A stretch of 54,159 nucleotides of DNA, taken from positions 1-54,159 of the forward strand of contig JAQUQW010000006.1 of the NCBI GenBank assembly GCA_028716245.1, in the 5' to 3' direction. The first letter of the stretch is position 1, and each line of letters opens with the position of its first letter. The notes beneath the pieces are model-generated. The model searched no databases. It was not told the DNA's origin and was given only the letters and a program-made list of their open reading frames with translations. The translations under genes were made by a program, and so were the position numbers. Of the stretch, positions 15,001 to 30,000 are shown one piece after another. Origin of the DNA: Candidatus Omnitrophota bacterium. GTDB lineage: Bacteria; Omnitrophota; Gorgyraeia; Gygaellales; Profunditerraquicolaceae.

Positions 15001-18000
15001 CCTCTAAGATATCGGCAGCCTGCGTTTTATGAGCATCCCTTAATTTCTTCAATGTCCAAGTCAAAATCTGTTCGGATATCAATAGTTCCCCATCTAATCC
15101 TCCGTCTTTACTTTCCGCAATAGTTTTCGGGAATTTAATATTATTATCTTCACAGACTTTACGAATAATTTCGTTTACGATATCAAGCGTTATTACTTGG
15201 CCAGCCATGGCATACACTCTTAACCAAGAGAATACATCATCAATATTATCTAAAGAGAACTCCCGGAGAATACCATCTCGCACTTTGAAAACTTCTATTG
15301 AAGAATCATGCAATTTATATAAACTATGCTCTATAAAACCTGCCAACACACATTTCGCCGCTTCCTCATCGGTTATTTCTACAGACGGGTTATTAATAAC
15401 CTTAATATATACTGCATCCCTGTAACAGGTATAGTCGGCAAGAAGCTCTGTTTCAACGGTAACGCCGGATGCCCTCAAATGTTCAGCTACTTTTCTATGA
15501 GTTGAACCAAGGCTAACTAAAATACATATCTGAGGATTGCTACCTACTACTAATTCCTTAATATTTTTAGCAATAATATTATCCCTTTCTCTTGTCAATG
15601 CCGCAAAAGCACGAATGAACTCTTTTTCTTTAACCAATGCTCTTGCCGGCATCAAAATATTATTCATAACTTCAGAATACAATTTATTGATTTTTATCAA
15701 CTCAATAGAAAGCGCAGACTCAAGCTTCGCGTCAACAAAAGCAAGCTTAGGTTGATATTGATAAATGTAGTCCGCCAGTTGTCTGTAGTAGCCGGGATAG
15801 GCTGTGTGGAATCCTCTATATTCAAGGCTACTTGTAGAAATTTTCCGCTGTGAAATAGCTGTAAAAAGAGATACTACTCCCTTGCCATAAAGAGCGAACT
15901 CAGGGCAATAGATATCATATTTTCCCATAATTTGACCAACTGGATGCGCGTCTGTTGCCGTGATATGCGGACCTAACAAAATCTTCACATTCGTCTTCTT
16001 AATTGAAAAAGGCTTTTCTTTTTTAACAAAGAAATCAAATAACCCGCCGCCGTCCGCCTTGATTTTAACAGTAATACTCTTTTTATGGCTAACCTCAAAT
16101 ATAATACCCCCTCTTGACAATATATTGATTAGTCCCCTATACTCTTTTCTAACATCCAATTCTCTCACTCCCCTGAAAAGTCTATTTAGATTCTCTTCTG
16201 GCTTCTTGAACAGATTAATACGACTAATATTGTTGCCTTCCTCGTTAAAACCCAGAGCTACTTTTGAAAGTATAACAAACAGCTTTAACAACACCTCATT
16301 GCCATTCTCCTGCCTGGCAAAATATTTAAATACAGCCTTACCGTAATCAAAAACAGTTATTTTCTTTCCCATGTATTCAATAAAAATATTTCTATCATTT
16401 TCTGTAATTATATTTTCTTCAATAGCTCTCTTAATTAAAGATTCCGCGGTTTCTTTCTTAATATACCTTCCCAGCCGCACCAAGTGCCAATTTTCATCTT
16501 GTTTATTATATTCTCCTCCTAAATCAGCCCATTTCAGATACTCTTCAAACGTTTCCTGGTCCATCTCATCAGCTCTTTCACCGTAACTCCTATCGGCAAT
16601 GGAAAGTATGGCTAGCATATCCAAAGCAACCTGATTGTTTTCTAATCCTTTCCTCATATACGCCGGGATACGTTCTGTAGTAATTACTGTCGAAATATCC
16701 ACGTGCTTTTCAATAATCAATTTAGCAAGTCCTATTATCTGGTCTTCAAAACCAAGTTCCTTAAGAATCGGCCCCACAAAACACCTTGCGCCAATCTCAG
16801 GGTGAGCTGAAGTCCTAATTATCTTTCCGAGATCATGCAAGAGCGGCAATAAAAAAAATAGTTCTATTAATTTACTATCACTCAAGGCTTTGTCTAAGTT
16901 TTCCTTCACTTTCTTTAACCCCTGACTCTTATTCAAATCTATTTCCTTAATATCACTTCTGGTAGTGCTTTCATTTGTTTTCAAAAAAGTATTTACCCGT
17001 TCCCGATTATAATTCTCTGTATCTAAACGTATAATACGGTCAAAAGCATCAAATACTTCTAAGGTATGCGTCAAAGCAGTCGTGCCATGATCATCTATTT
17101 CCATACTGGACATAAAAGGAAACACTTCTTTAAATCTGGATAAATTATCCTTAAGCGTGCTTCTTTCCTCGGATACCAATAAAGCATTCAGCCACCTTTC
17201 ATATTCGTTTTTGTTTATTTTATTAATTAGTTCTAAGGTTTCATAAACTTTAGCTTTCTGTTTATCATTAAAATCCAATTCAAAAACATCAGATGTATCA
17301 CTATCAACGCCACCGTCAAAGAGAGCCAACCTCGTCCCATCTTCATCTCTTACCACACTGTATTTTTTTACCTCTTTTTTCAAATTCTCAAAATTTTCCT
17401 CCACTCCCACGGCTTTTAGCTCTTCCTCAATTTGGCCTGCGGTTGCATCTTCATAGTTATTCTTTACTGCTGCATTAAACTTAGGATCTTTCAACTGATC
17501 ATTTCTATCTTTCTTAACAGATAGTATTTCACCGCCAACTTCAAAAAAAGCCACACCTGTGCCAAATGAACTCGCAGGACTAAATTTACCTTTGGGCATA
17601 AGATATACTCGCAAAGTTTCATCTGCTTTTTTGGTAAATATACAATTGAAGGACATCCCTTCCTTTATGACGTCACCATTAGCATGTTTTAAAACATTGC
17701 CTTGCGTGTCTTTTCTCTCGTTTCCTTGGTTACGCAAAACTTCTTCGACGATTGTCTCAATAACTTCAGCGATGTTCTGCTCATTTGTTCCCGTGATTAC
17801 AAAACCTTGCACGGGATAACCCTTCAATACCTCCACTGCCACATCTTTATACAATGCGTTGGGAATAAACTTTTCCGTCTCAAACAATTCAATGGGCATT
17901 GGCGCAGGTTGCATTTTGTCGTCTTCATAAAATATGCCCTGCAGGTGTTGATGGTTTACTGATCCCCAAGCGCCCCAGCTGTTAAATCCGATTTTCAAAT

Positions 18001-21000
18001 GGTCATTATACGGAGTATTTTTCACCAACGTTAACGCAACAACCGCCGCATCTTTGTCCAAGAATTGGTTTTTTAATTCTTCAAAATGCGGCAATATCAT
18101 AATGTGCCCCTTGGCAAGAGGTTTTTCCTGAGAAAAGATCTCAACAGGGATGCCAGCTACGACCTGTTCCCGGAAAAAAGAATCCAATATTCTCAAACAA
18201 TCCACCCTCGCAAAATTAAAGCCGTTCTTGACATCATTACTCGGAACCAAAAAGCAATTCTGTGGATCCTCGGGCATACTTTTTCCGATTCTATCGAGGT
18301 TATATTGCAGAATAAACCGCCCGACCATTTTTCTTTCAAATCTAAAATACGCATCATAATCCTTACCGTATTCGTATGGCCAAACTTTTCTCAATTCATC
18401 TTCTATCATTTTTTTAGAAATGTTGTTTTCCAAATAGTTGCTGGGTACCTTAGGAGATACGCCTAGAACAGTCTGTCTCAACTGTAATCTATTCAAAGAT
18501 TCTTCCGCGGATTTACGAATGCTATCCCTCAAATTATCAGCTTTTCTGATTGATTCTAACTCATCATTTGCTTTAAATCTTTCCAGATATCTAATGGCAT
18601 TTCCTATTTCCATGTCATTTAGCTTACGTTTAGGTTTACCATTAATAAAATCTACAGCCCATTGAATGGTAAAATCCTTAAAGTCATTATTGGTGTTCCG
18701 GTCAAAAAAACCGCCATCCAGCTGTTCGGCTGTGGCGCCATCTTTTCTTATTTCTTCAATCTTAAATTGCGGAAGGGTTATCATTTTTAAAGAAGCCTGA
18801 ATATCTACCAAAAGATTATTTTTTATTTCATTTAAATTTCCTGATCTTTTTTCATTTTTAACCCAGTTGGCTATATTCTCTTTTCCTTTCTCTTCAGCCT
18901 GTTCATAAGCTCTCTTCTGGTCTTGCGTTAGTTGATAGAATAGAATCGGAGCATCTATAACCGGAACTCTGCCAAATTCTGAAGATGCCCATTCGTTGTT
19001 AAATAAAGGTGCCGGGGTACCCAATGTCCGCGTGGCAATATAAACTCTTAATTTATTACCATAAGGAGCAACTAAAATATTAAAAGAATATCCTTGATCA
19101 GTTATCTTTTTAAGCACGTTTGAAGTTACTTTTGTCATTTTTTCGAGATTCTTTGTTTCTGTTTCTAAAACTATACCTGTTCCCCAAAGATTGTAATCCT
19201 GTAAAGTATAAATTTGTATTCCGTTGACAACTCCATCTTCGCGTAGAGACGCATTCTCAACAGGGAATAAAAACCTAACAATTTGAGCATGGCTATGGGC
19301 TTGAGAAGCGCCTGCTTTGGGCGCATTATCAGAATCTGAGTAATACCAACCATTCACAATCAATCTAAATTTCCATTCATCATTTAATAGGCTGGGTGAA
19401 TTATTAAGCTGAGCAGATAATGTAAGCATATCAAATATATTTTCATACTTAGACATTTCCCTTTGATGCACAAATTGATCAATTTTATCTTCATCCCCTC
19501 TCGATACCGTCATATGATAGAATTGAAATTGATCCTCTCCTTCCTGTGTCTCACTAAATGGCCAAATCGGACTCGTATTAAAACTCAACCACCAAATCTT
19601 TCTATTCTTCCACCAAACGCTTCTATTCTCCCAGGAAATCCAAACTATCCCTAATTCCATATTTCCCTTTATAGATGAAGGTACCAACCTACGCATCTTA
19701 GGATTCGTATCTTCAATACGGCCAGCTCCTTCTCCCGGCCTAGCCGGCCTGTTAGCCCTATTTGCATTTTGTATCACAATAAGATAAGCGTTTTGGATAT
19801 TCTTTCTCACATCCTCCGAATTAAACACTCCCAACAATTCTCTTTTAGTATTAAATACCGCATAATCAACAGACTTTTCTTCTATTTTCTCCGGAGGATA
19901 GGTAAAATATTTGCTTTCTTTTATAACACCATTTTGATCTTTTATGAAATACTTGGCTTTAAGTTGTAACTCAAACAAGCTAGAGATTAAACTAAATAAG
20001 TCATTCCCCTTCTCAAATATAATTTCTTGAGGTATGACTTCATACCCATCTTTTGTTTTAAGCAAAACCTTATTTTGCGAATGAAGCTCATTACTAACCA
20101 AAACCAGTTCTTCTTTATTAAGCCCCTCAAATATGCCACCATCTTTTGCTCTTTGGCGCAGGCCATCATAATTTATCTTATCTGTGATGTATTTGAAGGA
20201 CACTTTATGAGCTTTGATATATTCTGCAGGAGGAGACCTGTCTTTTAAAGCCATCCAACTGACAAGGGAGAAGTTCAGCTCTTCATTTTCCTGTAAAGGC
20301 CAGATCTCTAACTTCATAAAGTCATCTTTATCAGTAAAGTTGATGGCGGATATTTTTTGCAGCCTTTCAAGCTCACTATACAGTAATGGATCCGTCTTCT
20401 TTATTTCTGTCACGCTTGCTTTCAACCTTTCAAGCACACTGTAGAGGAAAGAGCCTGTTGTCTTGATATCTTCAACGATTGCTTTCAATTTGTCGTCTCG
20501 AGAGGTGTAAAGCACTGCCCAGTTTAGTTTATTTTCTTTAGTGGTAACCGGGCAGACATTGATAAGGGTATCAGGCTCTGGGTTCAACCTTCCTTTTAGG
20601 CTATAGACAACTACACCGTTGGGTATATTGCTTCCAGAATAAATATGGGAGCCTACGATAACTGTATTTTCTGCTACGCTTACTCCCTCTTCTATTCTGC
20701 TTCTATATATCTTGGCAGAAGAACTTACACTTGCTTCTCTTGAGATTACAGCGTTTATCCTGTCCATAAAGCCGGCGATTCTTTCTTCAGCCCGGGACTG
20801 GGTTATGCCTCTATACCAGGTTGGGATATCACCATAGTCAATGTAATAGGAGTTTGCTGCAACGGTTGCGGTAGCGTATAAAGGCAGGAATTCATTTACG
20901 ACAATATCATAGACGGTCAAGTAAAAACCTATCTTGTCTTTTAAACCGGATGCGTCGAATTCCTTTTTAATCAGAGAATTGTCTTGCTCCTTTACGGTTA

Positions 21001-24000
21001 GGATTATCTTTTTGCCTTCTTTAAGGGCATTTAGTTCTGCGAAGGTAAGTTTTACTTCTGTGTTTTTGGGCAATATGTTTTTAATAACCAGGTAACTGGT
21101 CTCATCAACGGTTAGAGGTATAAAGTAATCGCTTGAGGTATCTATCTCATAAACAGACAGCTTGTTATCTATCTTATCCTTCACCATTTGGTTAATCTTT
21201 AAGAAGGCGTTAAGGAATTTAGAGTAAAGCTGGCGGTCTGTATGGGTAATGATAAAGCTGGCGGTATTGGTCTGGAGTTGGCGGGAATCTTCGTCGTTTA
21301 GATTTATTCCTTCCAGTATACCTGCCTCTACCGCGGCAATAAATTTATTCTCTTCGGGTTTTTCAAGGAAGACTTTAATTCCTTTGGTTTTGATGTCAAA
21401 GGCGACTATGCCGAGCTTCTTGATGGAGTTTTTGATTGATTCGGGATTGGTAATCAAGGCTATACCGTCATAAATAACCGGTTCAGTAATTAAAAGACCA
21501 TCTCCGTTTAAAACCACCAGGCCCGGCTGATTCTTTTCTTTTAAGGCTTGGGTAAATTTATAGGAATGCATAATCACGAAATCCATCATTGTCGCTTGTT
21601 TACCATTGGGTAACACTACGGGTATGGGCATTAAGGTCTTTGAGCCATCAGAAGAGCCCGGGGTATACCTTGTGCCAAAGCCGCCCGCCTGAATCAGAAT
21701 TACCCTTAAATCTTCTATAGACTTACCTTTAAGCTGAGGATAGTTTTCTTGTAATTCAGGAAGCTTATCCTGAAGTGCTAAAAGGGTGTTGCCGATTGCC
21801 CCGCCGTTACCTACGCGTACGCCTTCGGGGTCAGGTATAGAGACAAGCGGAATATCGTTCCTGTAGATTACTCCTCTTAGGGAAGCAAAATGCTCATCAT
21901 AATAACCAGACATGGCCTTGTTTCCGGCTGAAATAAGGATTACATCCGCAGAAAGCTCTGTAAATTCTCTCTGGAATGCTTCTAGGGATGATTCGTATAG
22001 ACGCTTGATCTGGGTGCCGCCGTCTTGAGTTAACTCTTCCTGTTTATTTTCCTCTAACCTCGCAAACGTTATGTCTTTTATATCTATTTTTACGCCTTTG
22101 TATAGCGTCAAAGATAAAATAGATTTTTTATTATCTTTTTCTGCAGCTTCTACAACCAAATTAACTTGATATAATTCATTATCGGAAATATCTACCCTTA
22201 ATGGAAGCTCACCTTTTTTAATAATACCTATTATTTGACTAATCTGCTCAGAAGTAAATAATTCGTCGACCCTTTTTCTTTCGGCATTAAACATATTCAC
22301 ACCAAGCATGGCTATATTAAGAGGAGCAGGCAGACGGCCAAGAGGAATACTGGCGACTTTGATTGATTCTTTAATTAGGTTTTCCGTGATAGAAATTAGA
22401 TTTTCTTTTCTATTAGGATCGGGACGGAATAAGGCTTCTTTAGTTACTTCATCTTGATCATAAACAATAAGCATCCCTGACATTTCACAAATTCCAAATT
22501 TTGTGCCTATAAGTTTTTTATCAACTGTACCCGGATTCTCCGCGGCTCTCGGGAAAATAAATACTCTAATCTTACCTTCACGAATATTAAACAATATGTT
22601 GTAAGGAGTAAAGCCTGCCGCACTGCTATTCAAAATACTAAGGATATCCCAAACTTTGTTTACCAACTTTTCTCTATCCGCATAATCCCCTTCAATTAAA
22701 ATGGTTGTTGCTGGATATATAGACAAATCTTTTACATCAATTATCGGAAGCCGCACTTCAAATAATTGATAATGGAAATGCCCTGATGAAGCGGCTGAAT
22801 TTAAGCTATTGAAGGTAAGATTAAAATCTTCTCTTCCTTCTATCACCGCTAATTTATATAAAAATTTCAGCGCGGTGCGGATATACGATTTACGATTAAC
22901 CATCTGGCAAGGATGTTCATCTTCGGTCGCGTTGCGCACCAAAACAACATGGTTTTTTTCATAAGGATTTGGATTAGGATAAATTGTCCAGTCTTTATCC
23001 AAAACTATGCCGTGTTCTTTTTTAGGCATATTTTCAGGGCACAAGAAACATCCGTATTTGCCTTGCTCCAATTTACCCCTTTTTCCCTGCTCTCTATTGG
23101 GATTGATTTGAACTTGAAAAATTCCTCTGTCATGTTCCGTATCGTATCTTACCGCGAGGCCACCGGGCTCAACTAGGGGAGAAGCTACTTTAACTATTAT
23201 TTGTTCAGAAATTAAATTTTCAATTTGTTTGGAAATAAAAACATTTAAAAGCTTAATGGCCCTTTCATCTCCCAGTCCTGCAAGCTTTTTAACAATACCC
23301 CTTATCTCTTTTAACTTTTCTTGATTTTCTTCGGCTATCCAGCCATCAGCAAGATATGTAATTATTTTTTCCAGTTCCTCAAAAATCAACTTTTCCTGCT
23401 CTTCTGTTAATCTTGGGAATTGCGCGTAATTAATAACTTTTATACTAAAATTATCTTCTGGTTTAACGAAATTTTTAAGGAACCCTAAATAAGCCCTCCT
23501 CTGCTGTAAAGGTTTCTGCATTAATATAACGGTAAACTCTCCGCCTTTAGGTAATGAATCTTTCAGAATCTCTCTGGCAAATTTTATATTGTCATTAGTA
23601 TTTTGTGATCTTAATTCAAGCCTAATTCGCTCTTTCGGCACGCCTTGTTTGATTAAAATATTCGCCATAATTAAAGCTTCACCAGTAACAATCTCCTGTA
23701 TCTTATTCCATTGATTTGCGTTATGAAGCGGTTCTAAAATTTTCTTGACCTCTTCAAAGTTATCACTATTTAACGTTTTTTCATTTGAAATCACAACGTG
23801 GCCGTACTTTGCGTAAACACTCTTTATCAAAGGGAATGTCAATCTCGCGACTCCACCACAGCAGATTATTTCACTTATTTTTCTTTCCTTAAAAATCCTT
23901 GCCGCTTCTTCTGTAACTCCTAAATCATCATTACCTAGCAACATCAATAAATCTGTTCTTTCAGGTAAACCCAATTCAGCCTGCTCATCTTTCATGGTAA

Positions 24001-27000
24001 GATAAAAAGCTAATTGTTCTAATAACTTATTTTTCTCTTCCCCATACTCCAAATTATTCCCCACCAACTCTTTAATCTGGTTCCTTCTGGCCACGAAGCT
24101 TTCTGGGGACTGATTCTTGTAGATGTCTTCAATGGAGGCGACTCTTCCTTTCTTTAAGGCTTCTTTGTAGGAGGAAGGAGGCGATTTAATCTTTTGCTGC
24201 AAGTATTCCAGTATTTCTGGTAATTGCTGGTAAAGCTGGGCGTCTAACTTATCGATTGCTTCGCCTCCTGATAACTGCTGGATGCTGATTACCGGGAAGA
24301 TCTTGGATTTGAAAAGGTTACTGGTTAACGGCCTGTTGGCGTAGAAGTTCTCCTTGACATCATCGATTACCTGTTCCCAAATCAAAAATGCCGTGAAGTC
24401 TTTGCCGTCAATCTTAACCGCGCCTTCATTTAAGACATAGTCTTTATAAAGCTTTAAGTAGGTGATATTGTTTAAGAGGACATTGTAGATCTGGCTACCT
24501 TCTTCTAAGATAATCTCACCTGCTTTGATAAAAGTATTGGTAATCAGCGTCTTAGGATGGATATCGCCTTGTTCTGCTTCTACATAGGAATTATAGGCAT
24601 AGGATTTAACTGCTTCTCCTCCTACCTTTACCGCACTGGCGATTGTTTCCTGTAACTGGTAGGTTTCTGCGATCTCTTGGTATGCTTTTTCCTGTAAGGA
24701 AGTATCTCTTTCCAGCAGGATTGCCCCGGTGTCATACCAGACGCCTTTAACCGGTAAGGCGTAAAGCAGGCCGCGGTAATCTTTAAGTAAATCGGCTATT
24801 GCTTCGGATTTGGCTTCCTGGGCAAAAGCCGGCACGATTTTACCAAAGTAATCTATGTCTACCTCTTTACCGATCTCTCCTTTTAAGGCCTTATCTAAGT
24901 AATTACCTTGCTGATACTGGACTTTGCCTTCTTTTACTTCCATCAGGCCTTCTTTATTGACTATCCCGGCTAAATAGGCATAGGCTATGAAGGCTTTTAT
25001 CCCTAAGACTGAAAATGCCGGGTTCATCAGGATGTATTCATCTTCTACCAAGTATTCTCTACTCTTAAGCCAGGCTTTCATGAATCCATCATCACTCAAC
25101 CCTTGGCTGCCGATTTCCTTCTTTATTTCTTCTTCTTCGACCTTGCTGTATTTCTCCTGGAATTTAACTACATTGATTCCTTTTTGTTTAGCCATGCCAT
25201 ATTTGGTGGCTTCCTTGTAGCTTATCTTCAAGAGTAAACAGGCAAGGCCGTCTTTGATTTCGGGATTAGTGGTGTAATATCTGGCTAATTCTTCAGGATT
25301 AAAGGTCATTAAGGCATCACCATAGATAACGGCAAACATGAAGCTGTCTTTGTAGTTAGCTTCCATATTTACCGCTAGGTCTAATAATGATTCCATGATC
25401 GGTGAGGCGGTATCTGCAGTTTTGCTGGTAATCGGGGTAATGGCCAGGCATTTGCCTATCTGGGTGTATTTGGCGTTCCTCTGGGCTTGGCCGCCGGCGG
25501 TGATGACTACGGTGTGGTCTTTGGTTTGGGTTAGGATCTCTTCGAGGCTGTAGATGCCGTCGTTAAGCTTTAGCCTGGCGATATAGGCTCGGATGACGCT
25601 TAAGATGCCTAAGCCATTACCTTTTAAGACTATTCCTTGTCCTGCTTTAAGGTCAGAGACTACCATATCATTGTCAAAAGTAGCGTTTGCCGGCCAGTTG
25701 TATCCTTCAAAGTATTGGTGGAAGGCTGCTTTTTGCTCTGAGCTGAATACGGATAGGTATATGGCTGTAGGTTGAGTAAAACCTTCCTTGCCTAAGACCC
25801 TGATCGTAGACCAGTCTTGGCGGGTGCCGCCGTCAAATCTAATCTGCCCTTTAAACTCACTCATCGCTTCTTTTATCACGCTCTCGACATACACTAAATC
25901 CTCGGCATTCTTGACTTCAAAAATAATACTGGGTGAACCGCCAAATGCCATTCTCACCACATTGCCGTCTCCATACACATAAGTCGCGTCATCAACTGTA
26001 ATACCTGCTTCTATTTCTTTATTATCTAAACCTTTTCCATAGGTATTGGTATAGATGATCGCAATGTTAAAGACGCTTAAAGGATGTGACATAATCGCTT
26101 CAATTCCGGTATGCGCGACACCGGGCAATGCCAGAAGCGGCACGGTAATATTCCAATCCGCAAACAACTTGGTTAAATATAATGCTAACTCTTTAATCTT
26201 AGGATTATTTATATCCACTTCCATGAATGTCAACGGCATATAGATCAGGCTGTCTTTTCTTGCCTCAAACATCATCTTCTGGTATCTAACCAAGTCTTTA
26301 TTCAAATCACCGGTTGGTGTAAATTCACTGTTTTTCTCAATCGCCACAGAAATCTTTACCCGGTCATTCTGGAATAACACTACCTGTTTCTCTAAAGGAA
26401 TACTCTTCGCGGTTGTTGATGACAGTCCTAAGTATTCTCCTATTTCTGAGAGTCTAAATGCCTCATCTATTTCCTGGACTTTACTACCGCCTGCTTCTCC
26501 CACATCAGCCTTTGCCGCTTCTTTGGAGATTGATTTAACAAATCCCATAGTTACCTTTGTATTGGAGATGCTCAATCCTTTAGCCAAATCATTTAACGCG
26601 TTATTAAACACGTCAAATTCTTTATTGTAAGCCTGTCTCTGGATGTTCTTTGCCTTGAACGCTTCACTAATTGCAACTTCCGCAAGCGCCTGCTCCGTTT
26701 CAATCTTGGTGATGACATCTTCAAAACTCATGCGGATATCTTGTTTTTTGGCTTTCTTTTCTTTTACTTTATCGAACCCGGCTGCGGTTAACTCTCTTAC
26801 CAGTTTTACCGCAGGATTAGAATTAGCATCCTGATTGGTTATGTAGGTAAAATAAACCACCATATCTTGCAATAGCGCGCTTGTCCTGGCTAAAACCTTT
26901 AAATTATTCTTTAAATCATCAGTTAACTCTATCGAGATTACAGTACAAGGTATCCCTCTATCCTTTAACCCCCCTATATATTCTAAGGTTTCATTATAAT

Positions 27001-30000
27001 TATCTGTGTTCTTGTTCAATAAGAATAACAGCGTTTGTGATTGTGGAGCTTTCTCAAATACAGTTTCATATATTTTTCTGTCATCTTTAAGCGAATAGCT
27101 AACCAAAATATTATTGTTTGATCCTCCGGCAATATTCTTATTCCCGCCTTCATTTAAGAGCTGTAACAACTCTTTGGTGGTAAACTTAAGGCTGTTATCG
27201 AATATCACCGAGAACTTATTCCTGCCTGATTCACGATACCTCAGCAAGGCTTCAGCTAACTGCACACCAACGCTATCCAATCCATTCTTGTAGGCTAAAT
27301 CGTTATTAGCAGCATTGAGTTCCTCAACGTAATATTTTAAATACTCTTTGGCGACTTCTGTTGATTTTAATCCTACTGCCAATGCCATAAATAATGGCAC
27401 ATAAGTCATTAGGGTCTTTCTGTTCATCTGCCTGCCGCCGATGTCTCCTCTAATATCCTTGATAATCAACACCTTAGCGGTAGAATCCTTTGCTAATTCT
27501 TCCGCTAATTTCATTAGCTGGCCTTTGGCGGCCGCAACTATTCTCTTTTTAAACATATCTTTGGTCGCGTTGAAGAAATCAAGCGTCTCTTTGGTACTAC
27601 CAGACCTGGACATCTCAAACACTATGGCGTTGACGTCATTGGCGTCCGCGGGTAAAACCTTTAAATGCGCTGGATTATTCACTACTATCCATTTCACATC
27701 TATCCCCATCAATTTGAAATACTCATTCAATGCCCTAGCTAACTGATGTGAATACATCTCATTTGCGCCAATACCGGAGGTAATTACATATTTAATGTTG
27801 TTTAAGTCAATGCCCTTAAAGAATCCTTCGACCATGCCTAAGGTATCCAACAAATCCGTTGCGTCTCTCTGTCCATCTATAAGCGTAAAACCTAAGAATC
27901 TACCTACGAATTTATCCATATCATCTCTGAAGACAAAAGGAACTTCTTTTGCCAAATCCCTAAATAAACTTAAGAAATCAGATAAAGGCTCCCCGTTAAT
28001 ATCCTGCTGTTTACCCTCTACTTGATAACTCTGCGCTTTCACATCTACCGCAACTTTACGGGTTTGGAATTCTCTCGGATCAAATAATTTTTCTTCTCTT
28101 GCCTTGTTCAAACGGTAATTCGCGGCAACCGGTTTAAAGAATTCTACTCTTCTTAACACCGCCAACACATCTGCCTCAGATTTACCGCTAACCCTACTTA
28201 ACTCTTTAACAAACGCCACTGAATCAAGTGATGTCCTGAATATCTGAATTACCCTCTTATAATCCTTAATTCCCAGCATTGCCATGATGTAGGCGATCTT
28301 CATCATCAGATCAACCGAAGAGACCTGCTTGCTGCCACCGTCAGAATTTAGGTTAAATATCTTTTGAGTATCTCCTAAGATATTGGTTTTCCGGGCGGCT
28401 ACTGTCATATTCTGTATTGATCTTCCTTTTGAACCATAGAAAATACCGCTCGGTTTTATACTAATCACATTAAATCCAACCGTACTTAATAAGATCCTCA
28501 TAGATGTTTCTGAGAAATGGCTTATATGGTCTCCTAAATGAAGAACCGGTCCAGTTTCGAGAGTCTCTGGATATCTAATAATAACTATCCCCTCTGGTTT
28601 TAATATACGTTTTACCTCTTGCATAAATTCTTTTGGTGAAGGAATATGCTCTAAAGTGTCATATAATAAAACAACATCAAAAGAGTCAGAAGCATAGTTC
28701 ATCTCTTTTAATTCTGCGGCATATACTCTTCCTTTCAGACCGCGCCCAATAGCTATCTCGACCATTGCTTCTGATATGTCAACACCTTCTACATTCCAAC
28801 CCCTTGATTCTAATTCTTCCAATAGATAGCCACTGGCAAATCCTACTTCTAAAACTTTACCTTTCTGCTTAACTATTTCTTCTAATTCATCGGCTCTAAT
28901 ACGCGCTATATTCTTCCTCTCTTCCTCTACTTCTTTTGAACCTACCTCCATAATCCCAACCTGTTCAGATAAATCTTCACCCCTATTGTCTTTCACAAAA
29001 TATTGCATATTATATAAATCTTTATAAAATTTATCTACGGGTTGCGGATTAAGCCACATAAATCCATCATTATGGCATTTAACGATATTCATCTCTTGAT
29101 TATTAATGATAATCTTTCCTATTGCCTTATGACTATTGGATCCACAAATTGCGCAACGAACAGTTTTAGTTTTAAATGTACCTATCCAATTTATATTCCC
29201 TTGCCAAAACAGAGGTAATCTATTTTCTTCTTTACCGCCATCGAATTTACCCGCAAATAGGAATATCTTATCTTTTGCTGCTCCAGGATACGGCCCTTGT
29301 TTTATTTCCAACAATCTTGCATCAATACCTATATATCCTAAACTGTGACCTTCAACAAAATAGATAATATCTCCTTCATTTAAAATTTTTGAATTAATAA
29401 ATCTCCCTTCTTTAGTATAAATACTTGTTTTAATGCTACCGGAAAGAACAATCATAATTTCGTGTCTCGGCGATTCAAATGGCGTATGGACATGAGGCAG
29501 AGAAAGTTTCGAATCTTTATGTATAATATTAATACACAATTGCATAGCAAGCTCATAAACAGAAAATGCCATAAATCTTTGAATATTTAAATTATTTCTA
29601 ATTATCATACCTGCATCTCTACCATTATCTGTGATTATTTCAACAAGGCCTCTAAATTCTGCCTGGAATAACTTATAAATATCAGCAGCAGATATCTCCC
29701 GTGAACTTATTTCAATTATCTTTGCGTCCCCAAAAAATTTGAGCCCATATCTTCCTATAATGCTAATTGTATCTTTTTCATTTAAAGTCGCTCTCTTAAT
29801 TTCTCTTCCAATTTTGTCGTATAGGCCTACTTCCACCTGCTTACCTTTAATACTTATAATATTATATGTCTTCTGAGTGTTAGTATTGATACTAACTATT
29901 TCGCCGTTAAGAATATTTTTAATTTCGATTTGCATTGGTAATTCTTCCGGAGTTATTTTCCCCATCGCATTTCTGCTTACTAAGGCTATAATTCTATCTT

